This document shows, piece after piece, positions 17,908 through 28,016 of a stretch of 29,679 bases of DNA. Below the pieces are notes generated by a model. The model searched no databases. It had not been told where the DNA came from and was given only the letters and a program-made list of their open reading frames with translations. Origin of the DNA: Candidatus Latescibacterota bacterium (GTDB lineage Bacteria; Latescibacterota; UBA2968; UBA8231). The DNA lies in contig CBDBIJ010000059.1 of NCBI GenBank assembly GCA_965205655.1, positions 1 through 29,679 of the forward strand, written 5' to 3'. The number at the start of each line of letters is the position of its first letter. The first letter of the stretch is position 1. The position numbers and the translations under genes were made by a program.

Positions 17908-18318
17908 GTGAAAACGACATGTTTAGCGATAGTCGGCACGCTCGTGGTTTTGCCGGGCTGCGGAGACGATGATGGCCCTACCCGGCCCAAGGACGGTCAG
18001 CTTCAGATAACGGCGAGCAGCTTTGAGTTCGAGCCGAAGGATATCGCCATCTATCCAGACGAAGCTGTGGTGTTCAAGCTGGAGAGCGCCGATGTGCAGC
18101 ACACCTTTACGATAGAGGAGCTCGACGTGGGTGTGGAGATTCCGGCTGGCGAACTGGTGACGAGCGAGCTGACGGCGCGAAGATCGGGTAGCTACACCTT
18201 CTACTGTACCATTCCCGGACATCGCGAGCAGGGGATGGAGGGCACGCTGAAGGTGTCCCGCCGTCCGACCCCGACCTCATCGAGTGGCTCTGTCGGCAGT
18301 ACCTCGGGGGGCTATTAA
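17908..18318 (+). CDS. Cupredoxin (type-1 blue copper) lipoprotein
   Basis: GGAGG RBS then GTG 17908; lipobox LPGC; ligands QHTF and FYCTIPGHREQGM. Confidence 0.87.
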   Translation: MKTTCLAIVGTLVVLPGCGDDDGPTRPKDGQLQITASSFEFEPKDIAIYPDEAVVFKLESADVQHTFTIEELDVGVEIPAGELVTSELTARRSGSYTFYCTIPGHREQGMEGTLKVSRRPTPTSSSGSVGSTSGGY

Positions 18319-18671
18319 GACAGCACTAATTTCACTCGGCATGCGAGGTATCCGTCTGGCGCACTTGCAGTTATAGCGGGCCACCGCCATGGTGGTTCTC
18401 GCAATCACAGGCTCGGATTCAGCAGTTCAAACTGACAAACCAGCCATCCTCTGCCAACGTCAAAGTAGTGTAGAAGACGGGCTCACTGACTCAGCGGGTG
18501 CCGAGAGTGACCCCAGCGTAACCCTCCACGCGCTTCGCGCCTCTTCCAATGCGCCACACCGTGCCGATTGTGCTGATCACGGTTCACGTAGCTTGGTGCC
18601 GAATTTCGACAACGATAGCCTAGTTTCCTTTCTTCAGTAGTTCCGCAACGCCGCCAGACCTAATAGCCTGC

Positions 18672-19589
18672 TCAGTTCCCTTCACCTCTGACAATCTCAA
18701 TGTACGTGGTATCCGGGATGGCGGAACCGAAGTAGCCGAAGCCATCACCCTCGAATTCGAACTGCGGTTCGTGAAAATTGCCGTCCAGCTCTTTCAGGTC
18801 GTCGAAGGTCTGCAGGAAGTGGGCCCAGTTCGCGTCTGCTGCGTACACGACAATCTCGTGACGGCCGTAGAACCAGACATCCCACCCGAACAAGCCCATC
18901 TTCGATTGACCGGCCCCAGTGGGAGTGTTCTGGATCCATTCGTACTGGTAGTCGTAGTCGGACAGGTCGATACTCCGTGGATTCTCATCATCGAAGGGGT
19001 TGTCGTAGACGAAGGAGTCAACGGACATGTCGAGGGGAATGGCGGTGAGAAGATAGAAGGTCGTCCCTGGAGATCGCTCGATGGTCACCTCCGGTATGAT
19101 CAGCTCGCCCGCCTCGTCGCGCACATAGTACTTGGTCCGCTCCGGTCTGATATCGACGATCTCGAAGCCATCGACGGGCACCTTCGTCGTCACTCTGGCA
19201 AAGAGCTCCTCATCTTCGACCGTCGCTCGCACCTCAAGGCTGTAGGTGCCACCCGTGCGGATGACGAGGTCGTCCCCGAGGTAGGCAAAGCCGCGGTGCT
19301 CGAACAGGACCGAGTCTACGAAGGTGAGCTGGTAGTCGAGGGCCTCGTCCTCATCGATGAGTACGACATCCGCTTCGGGCAGGAAGATGGGCGTCTCATT
19401 CAAATTTTCGTCGAGCCTGAAATTCCGCGACACGTGAATGTTCTCGACTGGATGGCCCGCCAGAAGAAGGCCGCTGATGACGATACGGCGTTCGTAACTT
19501 CCGCTCGTTACCTCGACAATTCCCTCCCCACAGCCGAGGTGAAGGGCCGTCGACACACAGATGGAGAGCAAGAATGACCGGGTTGTCAT
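18672..19589 (-). CDS. DUF4249-like lipoprotein, partner of the TonB-dependent receptor
   Basis: Lipobox LHLGC, YERRIVISGLL, C-terminal EGDGFGYFGSA; directly downstream of the receptor. Confidence 0.7.
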   Translation of the reverse strand: MTTRSFLLSICVSTALHLGCGEGIVEVTSGSYERRIVISGLLLAGHPVENIHVSRNFRLDENLNETPIFLPEADVVLIDEDEALDYQLTFVDSVLFEHRGFAYLGDDLVIRTGGTYSLEVRATVEDEELFARVTTKVPVDGFEIVDIRPERTKYYVRDEAGELIIPEVTIERSPGTTFYLLTAIPLDMSVDSFVYDNPFDDENPRSIDLSDYDYQYEWIQNTPTGAGQSKMGLFGWDVWFYGRHEIVVYAADANWAHFLQTFDDLKELDGNFHEPQFEFEGDGFGYFGSAIPDTTYIEIVRGEGN

Positions 19590-19602
19590 CGCTTTCCGTC
19601 CA

Positions 19603-21951
19603 TCAGAAAGTGAGATTCACGCCGATCGTGGGCAGGACAGGCAGCATGCTGATCGTATCGACGTCGGGCAGGCCATCGCGAAAATCGTAGTCGACGAACC
19701 ATGGATTGCTGCGGTTGCCGGCATTGAACAGTTGCAGATAGGGTGTCATCGTCCAGCTTCCAAAGTCGCGACGATAATTCAGACTCAGATCCATGCGGGC
19801 ATAGTAGGGCAGGCGGATGTTGTTGATAATCGTCGGCGCGCGCTCGAGGTCAACGCCAGGGTCCTGCGGACTGGACCTGACAAAATAGGCGGATCCCGGT
19901 TGGGTAATCGGCTGCCCGCTGGCGTAGACGACGTTGAGACTGAGCGACCATTTGCCCACGTCGGCGCGCTTCTCTCTACCTTTCAATTTTCTCCAGCCAT
20001 TTCGCAGATCGAAATTGGCCACCAGGTTCAGTGTCGAAGTGCGATCGTGTCGCGGGAAAAAGGACCTCTCCTGATTGATGCCATCAAATTCGTACTTCGT
20101 ACGGGCATACGAATAGGCAAGCCAGCCGTCCAGTGCCCCCGAGTCCTTGCGCAGCAGCAGCTCAGCGCCGGTTGAATTGCCGTCACCGCGGTTGAAGACC
20201 CCCTTCGTGTTCGTGAAGATCGGATCGGCATCCTCCTGATAACCCGTTTCCTCAAGCTGGGTGATGAAGGTCTGATTGTACTGATAGATGTTGCGGTAGC
20301 TCTTGTAGAATGTTTCGACTTCGAACTGGAAGTTGCGTTTGACTTCCTGCTGCCATCCCAAGATGAAGTGCGCCGACCTCGATTCGTCCTGGAACTCGTT
20401 GGATGTGGTCCAGATGTCGGTGAAGGCAAACTGCGGCACGCGGTGGAGGTACTGGTAGTAGATGCCGGCGGCGGCTCGCAGGTTGATTTTTTCGGTGAGA
20501 CGGTATTTCGCTGCCAGACGGGGAGCGACATTGTGGAAGGTCTTGGCGGAGTCGAAAAGATTGTAGCGCAATCCAGCGATCAGCTCCCACAGGGGATTCG
20601 GCTTCCAGTTGCCCTGACCGAAGATGGTGTATTGCCTCGGCCTGCTGTCGATATCGACGAGTCCCTCCGGGAACGCCTGGCGATACTTGACATGCAAGCT
20701 CTTCTGTTCGAAACCGAACTTCGTGACCAAACGGCGCGACCTGTGGTGTTCCAGGCTGCCCTTCAACGTGACATCGGATACGAAGTTGCGTTCAACAACG
20801 CCGGCAGCCTCGATGGCCGCATCTGACGAAAAACGGCTCCCGGTCAGCCAGAACGTCGAAAACAGCTTCGGCGTAAAGACGCGCGTCCAACGCACCGATC
20901 CCGTCTTGTTGCCCCAATCCGTTACCAATCCCGCCTCCTCCGTGGACTTGGTGTTGAAAAGGACGTCGAGGAAATCGCGTCCGCCATAACCGCTGATCGT
21001 CAGTGAATTGCGGTCATCGAGTTCGAGGAATGCCTTGACGTTGCCGTCGTAGAAGTAGTAGTCGGGGACATCGTCGATGAACTTGGCTGCGGTCTGGTCG
21101 AAGTAGGTTCGCCGAATGGAGCCCGACAGCGATCCGCGCGTGCCTAGCGGAGCCTGCAGGGTCGTCTTGGCCGAAAGCAGACTGAGGGAGGCAGTCCCTT
21201 CGAACTGCTCGCGGTTGCCGTCGAGATTGGTCACGTCGAGGACGGATGAGAGGCGGCCGCCGTACTCGGCACCAAATCCACCCTTCGACAGCTCAACCTG
21301 CTTGATGGCGTCGGTGTTGAAGGTCGAGAAGATGCCGAAGGTGTGCTCCGGGTTGTAGACATCCGACCCGTCAATCATGTAGAGATTCTGATCCGGAGTG
21401 CCGCCCCTGACGTAGAGAGCGGAGGAGAAATCGGACAGAGACTAAATGCCCGGGAGAGTCTGGAGAGAGCGCAGCAGATCGGCCTCTGCTACCTGCGGAA
21501 TCGCCTTGACCTGGCGGGACGACAGGCGGATGCCGGAGATGGGCTTCTCGAAGAGCATCTGCGACGTGCGCATCGAATCGGCGCGGATCACCATCTCGGC
21601 AGCCATCACCGCCTGCACGGCGAGGCTGAGATCAATCTTCTCGTCCTCGTCAGCCGCGATCCGAACGTCGCGTATGAATGTCTCGTAGCCGATGTAGGAG
21701 CAGTTGACGGTGTAGTCGCCGACGGGGACATCGGGGATTACGTAGTAGCCGCTCGTGTTCGAGATGCTGCCGATCAATGTTCCCTGAAGAAGGACCGTCG
21801 CCCCGATGAGGGCCTCCCCATTGGAGGCGTCGTGTACGAAGCCACTGAGCGAGCCGGCTCCGTCGGACCTCGCGCCAACGGGGAAACCGAGAATCACGAC
21901 GGCAAGAAGAGCAAATTGAGTCAGGGAGCTTGTTGCAGGGGAAGTGACCAT
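19603..21951 (-). pseudogene. TonB-dependent receptor (CarboxypepD_reg-like N-domain, plug, barrel) with a single in-frame TAG at 21444-21442
   Basis: LSGFVHDASNGEALIGATV; EADLLRSLQTLPGI*SLSDFSSALYVRGGTPDQNLYMIDG; KGGFGAEYGGRLSSVLDV; C-terminal VNLTF. ORFs 21442-22050 and 19603-21378 share a frame. Confidence 0.85.
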
Positions 21952-21960
21952 GCGATTGTG

Positions 21961-21990
21961 ATCGTGATGAGAAGGAGCTCTCGCTGTCAA
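21961..21990 (-). promoter_or_regulatory. Putative sigma70 promoter for the TonB receptor operon
   Basis: Minus strand TTGACA (21990-21985), 18 nt, CACGAT, just upstream of ATG 21951. A second TTGACA lies near 22020. Confidence 0.45.
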
Positions 21991-22148
21991 GTCAGCCTGA
22001 CGGCGTAGTGGTGCCTTGTCAATCCCGTCGCCTGATTGATTAAACACCACAACCTCTCCGAAATGTCACTGCACTCGGAGTGCCACTGGCGCCTGCGAAC
22101 CTTGGAGAATGATAGTCTATCAGTTGGAACTGCCCCCCGGCTGACGCT

Positions 22149-23162
22149 CTACAGCGGCGGCATCCGAACAGCGTCGTCCCTGCGTTCGTGGATGTTCTTC
22201 TCCATGACCTCGGGATATCGATCCGGCAGGTGGGAGACGGCGTTCAGGCGTTCCAGGGCCTGGCCTTCGAGCCGGAAGTTCGCCGCCTGCAAATTGTCAC
22301 TCAACTGGTCGGCAGTGCGTGCGCCCACTATCACGGAGGTGATGGCAGGTCGTTCCAGGCACCAGCGCACAGCCACCTGCGCCGGTGTGTGGCCGAGTTC
22401 GCCGGCTACGTCAATCAGCGTCTGCAGCGTTTCGTCGGCGTTGGCGGCGAAGAACGCCTCCGGGTAGGCCCAGGCGTCGCCGGAGCGCGTCCCCTCGAGC
22501 ACGCGCTCTCCGGGCTTGTACTTCCCCGAGAGAAAGCCGCCGCCAAGGGGGCTCCAGACCACCACCCCCAGTCCCTCATGCCGGCAAACGGGGATCAACT
22601 CCTGCTCGATGTCGCGGACGACGAGGCTGTACTGGGGTTGGTAGCACTCGAACCTCGCCAGGTTGTGGCGGTCGCTGAGCCACAGAGCCTTCGTGAGGCG
22701 CCATGCCTGGTAGTTGCTGCACGCGGTGTAGCGCACCTTCCCCTGTCGCACCAGATCATCGAGCGAGCGCAGCATTTCTTCCAGCGGTGTCTGCACGTCG
22801 ACATGGTGCATGTAGTAGAGATCTACGTGATCCAGCTGCAGCCGATTCAGGCTCGATTCGATCGCCTGCATGATGTGAAGCCGCGACATACCGGAATCGT
22901 TGGGGCCTGTGCCCATGGGGTTGAAGAACTTGGTGGCGACGATGAGGTCATCCCGCTTGCCTTTGATGGCTTTGCCCAGGCTGATCTCGGACTGGCCGCC
23001 ACCGTATGAATTGGCGGTGTCGAAGAAGTTGATTCCAACATCGATGGCCATGTCGACCATGCGCTTTGCCTCAGCTTCGTCGGCGCCGGTGCCGAAGGTC
23101 ATCGTACCCATGCAGATCTCCGACACCTTCAGGCCGGTTTCCCCCATCTTGCGGTATTCCAT
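22149..23162 (-). CDS. Aldo/keto reductase
   Basis: MEYRKMGETGLKVSEICMGTMTFG, FFDTANSYG, ATK, DLYYMH, WSPLGGGFLSGKY. Confidence 0.95.
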   Translation of the reverse strand: MEYRKMGETGLKVSEICMGTMTFGTGADEAEAKRMVDMAIDVGINFFDTANSYGGGQSEISLGKAIKGKRDDLIVATKFFNPMGTGPNDSGMSRLHIMQAIESSLNRLQLDHVDLYYMHHVDVQTPLEEMLRSLDDLVRQGKVRYTACSNYQAWRLTKALWLSDRHNLARFECYQPQYSLVVRDIEQELIPVCRHEGLGVVVWSPLGGGFLSGKYKPGERVLEGTRSGDAWAYPEAFFAANADETLQTLIDVAGELGHTPAQVAVRWCLERPAITSVIVGARTADQLSDNLQAANFRLEGQALERLNAVSHLPDRYPEVMEKNIHERRDDAVRMPPL

Positions 23163-23180
23163 CCCTTTTCCCTCAGTGGC

Positions 23181-24107
23181 TCAGCAGGCGATCGCCACGA
23201 TCGGCTGCTGAGCCTCCCAGGCAACGGACCACTCTCTGCCACGATCGACGCTCACGTAGAGCCGCTCTTCAACTGACGCCCAGGCCCTGCCGTCTTTCGA
23301 GAAAGACAGTTGAAAAGTATCGATGTTGTCTCGAGTCTCCGACGGAAAGCCGGCGGTCACGTGGGTCCAGCTCCCTCCGGAGTCGTCAGTACGGTAGAGC
23401 TTGCCGTTCACCACCGAATGCGGTCCGTCGCTGACTGAGGCGAGCACGCAGTCAGGGTCTGATGGATGCACCGCGATCGCACGGCCGTAGCGAGCCGAAA
23501 ATCCACGGGCGCGGTGATCCCAGGTCTGACCGCGATCGTCGCTCGTGTAGACGGCGTGGGCAGTGTTGGCGTATACCCGCTCCGGAGCATCCGCGCACGT
23601 AGCGACCTGATGAACGTCCTCGTGCAGATCGGGAGTGACGGGCTCCCAGGAGCATCCACGATCGATCGAGCGCATGATGCTGCCGACGTGGATATCGGCG
23701 TAGACGCAATCGTCGCTGCCCGCGAAGCTGCGCACGGAGGGAGGGCCGCCCCAGGGCGTATACCATTCATCCCGACATTCAAGCTGATCAAAGGATTCGA
23801 GACGCAGTGCGGGGCCCGCGGGTGTAAGGCGGAACACGTGGGCGGACTCGGTGCCGATCAACAGCTCGACCGGGTCATCGCCGAGGAGGTGCAGGCATTC
23901 GATCCGATCGACAATGGCGGTCTCTTCGAGGTGTTCGACACAGCCATCGTGGATGACGGCGACTGAACCGTCGTCGCGCGCCGCGGCGGCCGCCGATTCA
24001 CCAGCGCATACGCAGCTGAGGTCCTCCTCCTCGATGACCGACTCAGGGGTTATCGAGTCGCTCGCGTCATCGGCGAGAAACAGGGTCGAATCGGTCAGTA
24101 TGAGCAA
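23181..24107 (-). CDS. BNR/Asp-box beta-propeller protein (YCF48/glycosyl hydrolase-like)
   Basis: Asp-boxes RSIDRGCSW, TSDDRGQTW, RTDDSGGSW, VSVDRGREW. AGGAGGAG RBS 9 nt before TTG 24107. Confidence 0.75.
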   Translation of the reverse strand: MLILTDSTLFLADDASDSITPESVIEEEDLSCVCAGESAAAAARDDGSVAVIHDGCVEHLEETAIVDRIECLHLLGDDPVELLIGTESAHVFRLTPAGPALRLESFDQLECRDEWYTPWGGPPSVRSFAGSDDCVYADIHVGSIMRSIDRGCSWEPVTPDLHEDVHQVATCADAPERVYANTAHAVYTSDDRGQTWDHRARGFSARYGRAIAVHPSDPDCVLASVSDGPHSVVNGKLYRTDDSGGSWTHVTAGFPSETRDNIDTFQLSFSKDGRAWASVEERLYVSVDRGREWSVAWEAQQPIVAIAC

Positions 24108-24123
24108 GGGTAGGTCTCCTCCT

Positions 24124-24906
24124 CTACCACGCGGTGAACCCACCATCAACCACGAGGTTGTGTCCCGTGACGTAGCTCGACGCCTCGGACGCCAGGTAGA
24201 TGACGGCACCGGCTATCTCGTCGGGCACGCCGAGTCTGCCCATGGGCGTGCGATCGCCGAAAAGGCGGTGGATTTCCTCCGATTGATCGGTGCTGATGCC
24301 GCCAGGAGAGACGCAGTTGGCGCGGATGTTGCGATCGGCATAGGCGACAGCAAGATAGTTCGTGAGGTTGATCATGCCTGCCTTGTTGAAGTAGTAGTGC
24401 GGTCGAAGGTTGGCCAGATGCTTGGGCGGGTAGAGGCGCTGGTCGGGCGCGATCATGCCGTAGATGGAGGCTATGTTGACGATGTTGCCGCCTCCCTGCT
24501 CCAACATCTGCTGCAGGCAGAGCTGAGTGAGACGAAAGAAACCGGTGGCATCCACGCGCATGGCCCGCTCCCACTGCTCGACAGTCATAGAAGCCATATC
24601 CCCGGGTGACTTGCTGGTGGAGTTGTTTACGAGGATGTCGATGCGACCGAAGCGCTCCATTACTTTGTCGGGCAGGGCCTGGATGCTGTCATCGTCGGCG
24701 AGGTCGAGCGTCAATCCGACAGCGGACAGGCCGTCTGATTCCAACTTCGCTGCGAGTGCTTCGCAACCCTCGACGTTGCGGGAGGCGATTATCGAAGTCG
24801 CTCCGGCTTCGGCCAGGCCGGTCGAGATGGAGGTGCCGATATAGCCGGCACCGCCGGTCACGATCGCGACTTTTCCATCGAGACGAAAGCGGTCGAGTAT
24901 GGCCAC
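24124..24906 (-). CDS. Short-chain dehydrogenase/reductase (SDR)
   Basis: TGGAGYIG, DILVNN, NIASIYG, YYFNKAG (YxxxK), NCVSPGG, VTGHNLVVDGG. Confidence 0.93.
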   Translation of the reverse strand: MAILDRFRLDGKVAIVTGGAGYIGTSISTGLAEAGATSIIASRNVEGCEALAAKLESDGLSAVGLTLDLADDDSIQALPDKVMERFGRIDILVNNSTSKSPGDMASMTVEQWERAMRVDATGFFRLTQLCLQQMLEQGGGNIVNIASIYGMIAPDQRLYPPKHLANLRPHYYFNKAGMINLTNYLAVAYADRNIRANCVSPGGISTDQSEEIHRLFGDRTPMGRLGVPDEIAGAVIYLASEASSYVTGHNLVVDGGFTAW

Positions 24907-24981
24907 CGGGTAGCTCCTTCATGGTCAATTGATCAGCGGCTCGGCGCCGGCGAATATATATCTTTGTGAATGGAGATGCTC

Positions 24982-25978
24982 ATGAGTAAAGCCCACCTCA
25001 ACAGTTCGAAAAGCGGTACCATCGAGGCGGCTGTGCCAGGCCGTCTACCCCTCCTTTGCGATGCTCGCCGGCATGAAGCTCGATTTGTTCACGCCGCTGG
25101 CAGAGAGCGCGATGAGCGCCGACGAGCTGGCGGCCGCTTTGGGGGTCGATCCGGCGAGACTGGGGCCGCTGCTCTATGCGCTCGTCAACGCCGGACTGCT
25201 TCAGGTGGAGGGCGCGCGATTCTCGAACAGCGATGAAGCAGACCGGCTCCTGGTTCGGGGGCGGAAGCACTTCATGGGCGAGCGGCACCGGCTCTGGGAG
25301 GATTTGTGGAGCGCATGTCTGAAGTCGGCCGAGTCGATCAGAGCCGGTGCTCCGCAGGCCAGTCACGACTTCTCGACGATGCCGTCGGTGCAGCTGGAGT
25401 CGTTTCTGCGAGGGTTGCACCCGCTCGCGGTGGCGGAAGGCAGATCGTTTGCCGAGGGCTGCGATCTGTCGGAGTGCCGGACGCTCGTGGATGTCGCCGG
25501 AGGGTCAGGGGGATTCTCGATGGGGATCGCGGAGGTGCAACCGCAAGTGCGGGTAACGGTGGCCGACCTTCCCGAAGTGACGCCGATAACGAGGCGCTTC
25601 GTCGAAGAGGCGGGTGTGGCGCAGCGCATCGATGTGGTTGACGCGGATGTAGTCGCGGCGCCACTCGTGGGGATGTTCGACGTGGCGGTCCTGAGAAACT
25701 TCCTCCAAGTGCTCTCAGCCGGGCAGGCGCAGGCGGTGCTTGTGAACGTCAGCGGGGCGCTAGTGCCCGGTGGATGGATATACATCAGCGGCCATCTGCT
25801 CGATGACGGGCGGGTGTCGCCGGCGGAGACGGTGGCGTTCAATCTCGTGTTCCTCAACCTCTACGAGGCCGGGCAGGCCTACACGGAGGGGGAGCACCGG
25901 ACCTGGCTCACACAGACGGGGTTCGAAGAGATCGAACGAGTGGATGAGGACACGATCAGGGCGCGACGACCGCGGTGA
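24982..25978 (+). CDS. SAM-dependent O-methyltransferase (dimerisation + Methyltransf_2), apparent +1 frameshift at ~25027
   Basis: LVDVAGGSGG, VTVADLPEV, LVPGGWIYI. GGAG RBS before ATG 24982. Deleting one G in ATCGAGGCGG gives TIERLCQAVYPSFAMLAGMKLD in frame with ORF 25061. Confidence 0.82.
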
Positions 25979-25987
25979 GAGCGATGC

Positions 25988-26016
25988 TTGACAACCGCAA
26001 TCAATGGCCTTATCGA
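25988..26016 (+). promoter_or_regulatory. Possible promoter for vWA lipoprotein
   Basis: Perfect TTGACA at 25988-25993 with weak -10 (TATCGA) at 17 nt. Confidence 0.35.
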
Positions 26017-26061
26017 AGGGCAGGGACAGATCGAGGGATTGATTTCAGCCAGAGGTTGGCT

Positions 26062-27147
26062 ATGAGAAGGCTGGTAACATCGATAGTGACGGTGTCGTTC
26101 GTTTGCGGGGGCTGCACGAGCGGCGGTGACGGCAACCCGGTAAGAGTTCCGGATCAGCCGGAGATCGCCGGGTGCACGGACATCGCCGGGAGAAACTTCT
26201 CCCGCAGCGCCAACAAAGACGACGGCAGCTGCGACTACGATGCTGACCGCTTCTTCGTCATGGCGGATTTCGGGATCTCTGTCGATGCGGCGGCGCGAGG
26301 GGTGCAGGTGCTCATGCAGGTTATGAACGAAGAGGGCAGGGGAGTGCCCGGGCTTTTGCCGGACGATTTCGTAGTGGCGGAAAACGGTCGCAAGATCGGG
26401 GTGGAGTCGAATGCGACCATCAACGCTGAGGAGATTCCGTTCTCGATACGCACCGTGCTGCTGCTCGATCTGAGTTCGAGTGTGGAGGGGTTCGTGCCGC
26501 AGGTCAAGGAGGCGACGATCGCCCTCATCAACAGCAAGACCGAGAATCAGCAGATCGCGGTCTACGTTTTCGACAAGGAGACGCGCCTGGTTCACGACTT
26601 CAGCGACGACACCGGGGCGCTCGTGGCAGCTGTCGGCGAAATCCCGGAGACGGAGCTGTTCGACTCGACGAATCTCTACGGCGGCATCATCGATGTCTCA
26701 ACGGCGTGGCAGGATGAGGTGTCGATGGAGAGAATCACCGACGGCAGCCTTGTCATCTTCACCGATGGATTTCACAACGCCGACCCGAACATTGCGATTC
26801 AGGACGCCGTCGACGCCATGGTCGGCACCGATGGAGAGCTCAAGAAAATCTACGTAGCGGCGCTCGACAGTCCGGATCTCGACCGCGCCCCGCTGCAGCA
26901 GTTGACGTTTCGCACGATGGGCTTCTTCGAGGCGGCCGACATCACGGGTCTGCTCGATATCTTTCTGAGTATCCAGAGTGAGATTACAGACCTTTCTAAC
27001 AGTTTCTACTTTCTCGCCTACACGAGCCCAATCACCAATCCAGAAGCGAACGAGGAGTTGCTCGAAGTAGCGGTACTGGGCAATTCCAACACGGAACCCT
27101 CCGGACGAATCCGCGCCGAGTTCGACAGCGAGGGCTTCGGCCAGTAG
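26062..27147 (+). CDS. vWA-domain lipoprotein with N-terminal GCTD...DDGSC cysteine motif
   Basis: Lipobox VCGGC; MIDAS LLDLSSS, STNLYGG, VIFTDG; AGAGG RBS before ATG 26062. Confidence 0.83.
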   Translation: MRRLVTSIVTVSFVCGGCTSGGDGNPVRVPDQPEIAGCTDIAGRNFSRSANKDDGSCDYDADRFFVMADFGISVDAAARGVQVLMQVMNEEGRGVPGLLPDDFVVAENGRKIGVESNATINAEEIPFSIRTVLLLDLSSSVEGFVPQVKEATIALINSKTENQQIAVYVFDKETRLVHDFSDDTGALVAAVGEIPETELFDSTNLYGGIIDVSTAWQDEVSMERITDGSLVIFTDGFHNADPNIAIQDAVDAMVGTDGELKKIYVAALDSPDLDRAPLQQLTFRTMGFFEAADITGLLDIFLSIQSEITDLSNSFYFLAYTSPITNPEANEELLEVAVLGNSNTEPSGRIRAEFDSEGFGQ

Positions 27148-27183
27148 TTTTCTCACCGCACCATCCTACCCACTCGACCGACC

Positions 27184-27988
27184 ATGACAGGAGTAACAGG
27201 AGAGCTGTGCCGCCTCCGCATTGACGGCTGGTGCGTATTGGAGGGCATGATTCCCGACGATGAGGTGGGGGCCATACGCCGGAGCGCGCTGGAGACGACC
27301 GAGCGGTTGGGAAACCCCGAGGCATTGCGAGACGGGATCGGGCACCTACCAGGATTCATGAGTTACGATCAGTGCCTCGCTCCGTACGTGGCGGACGGGC
27401 GTCTGATGGCGATAGCGCAGTCGATGCTCGGTCTACAGCTGAAGATCTCCTTTTCCACTGGCACGACGAACTACCCGGGAACCCCGAGGGGCATCCTCCA
27501 CGCCGATTGGCCATTCACACCAGCGCAATTCCGGGCATATTCCGCAGCCCTATCCGGATGCGACGATGCACTTGACGACGCTGTGGATGCTGTCGGCCTT
27601 CACGGTGGAGAACGGCGGTACGGTGATCGTCCCCGGCAGTCATCGAAGCAGAAACAACCCGACCGGCGACAACGGTGTCGAGCCGATGGAGCCCTATCCA
27701 ACGGAGATGAACGTCACGGGCAAGGCGGGGAGCGTCCTGGTGATGGACAGCCGGCTGTGGCACGCAACGGCTCCGAACCGCTCGGATGAGCCGCGCGTGT
27801 CTGTCGTGTTCCGATATGCGCCGTGGTGGCTGAATACGAAAATCCTGATGCCTGGTTCGCCAGAGCGCGCCCGGATGGTGGAGGAAGCTCAGGGGGCCAA
27901 CCCCGAGCAACCGGCACTTCCGGTCGAAGTGTTCGAGAATCTGCCGGAGGCGGCAAAGCCGCTGTTCGAGCACTGGCTTGACGATTGA
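27184..27988 (+). pseudogene. PhyH-family dioxygenase with +1 frameshift at ~27518
   Basis: DGWCVLEGMIP, LHADWPF (HxD). Deleting one C gives WPFNQRNSGHIPQPYPDATMHLTTLWML, then ENGGTVIVPGSH, DSRLWHATAPN. May be a sequencing error. Confidence 0.83.
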
Positions 27989-28016
27989 GCGGGGGAGAAT
28001 CGGGGTAGAAAACACG

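Noticed and set aside
18389..18640. 83-aa + strand ORF in the intergenic gap
   Set aside because: No RBS, no recognisable motif, atypical composition.
7842..21444. Genome-wide TAG reassignment
   Set aside because: TAG terminates many genes at expected lengths (e.g. 4396, 9705, 9724, 11250, 14858, 16884, 22149, 24124, 27147, 29066).
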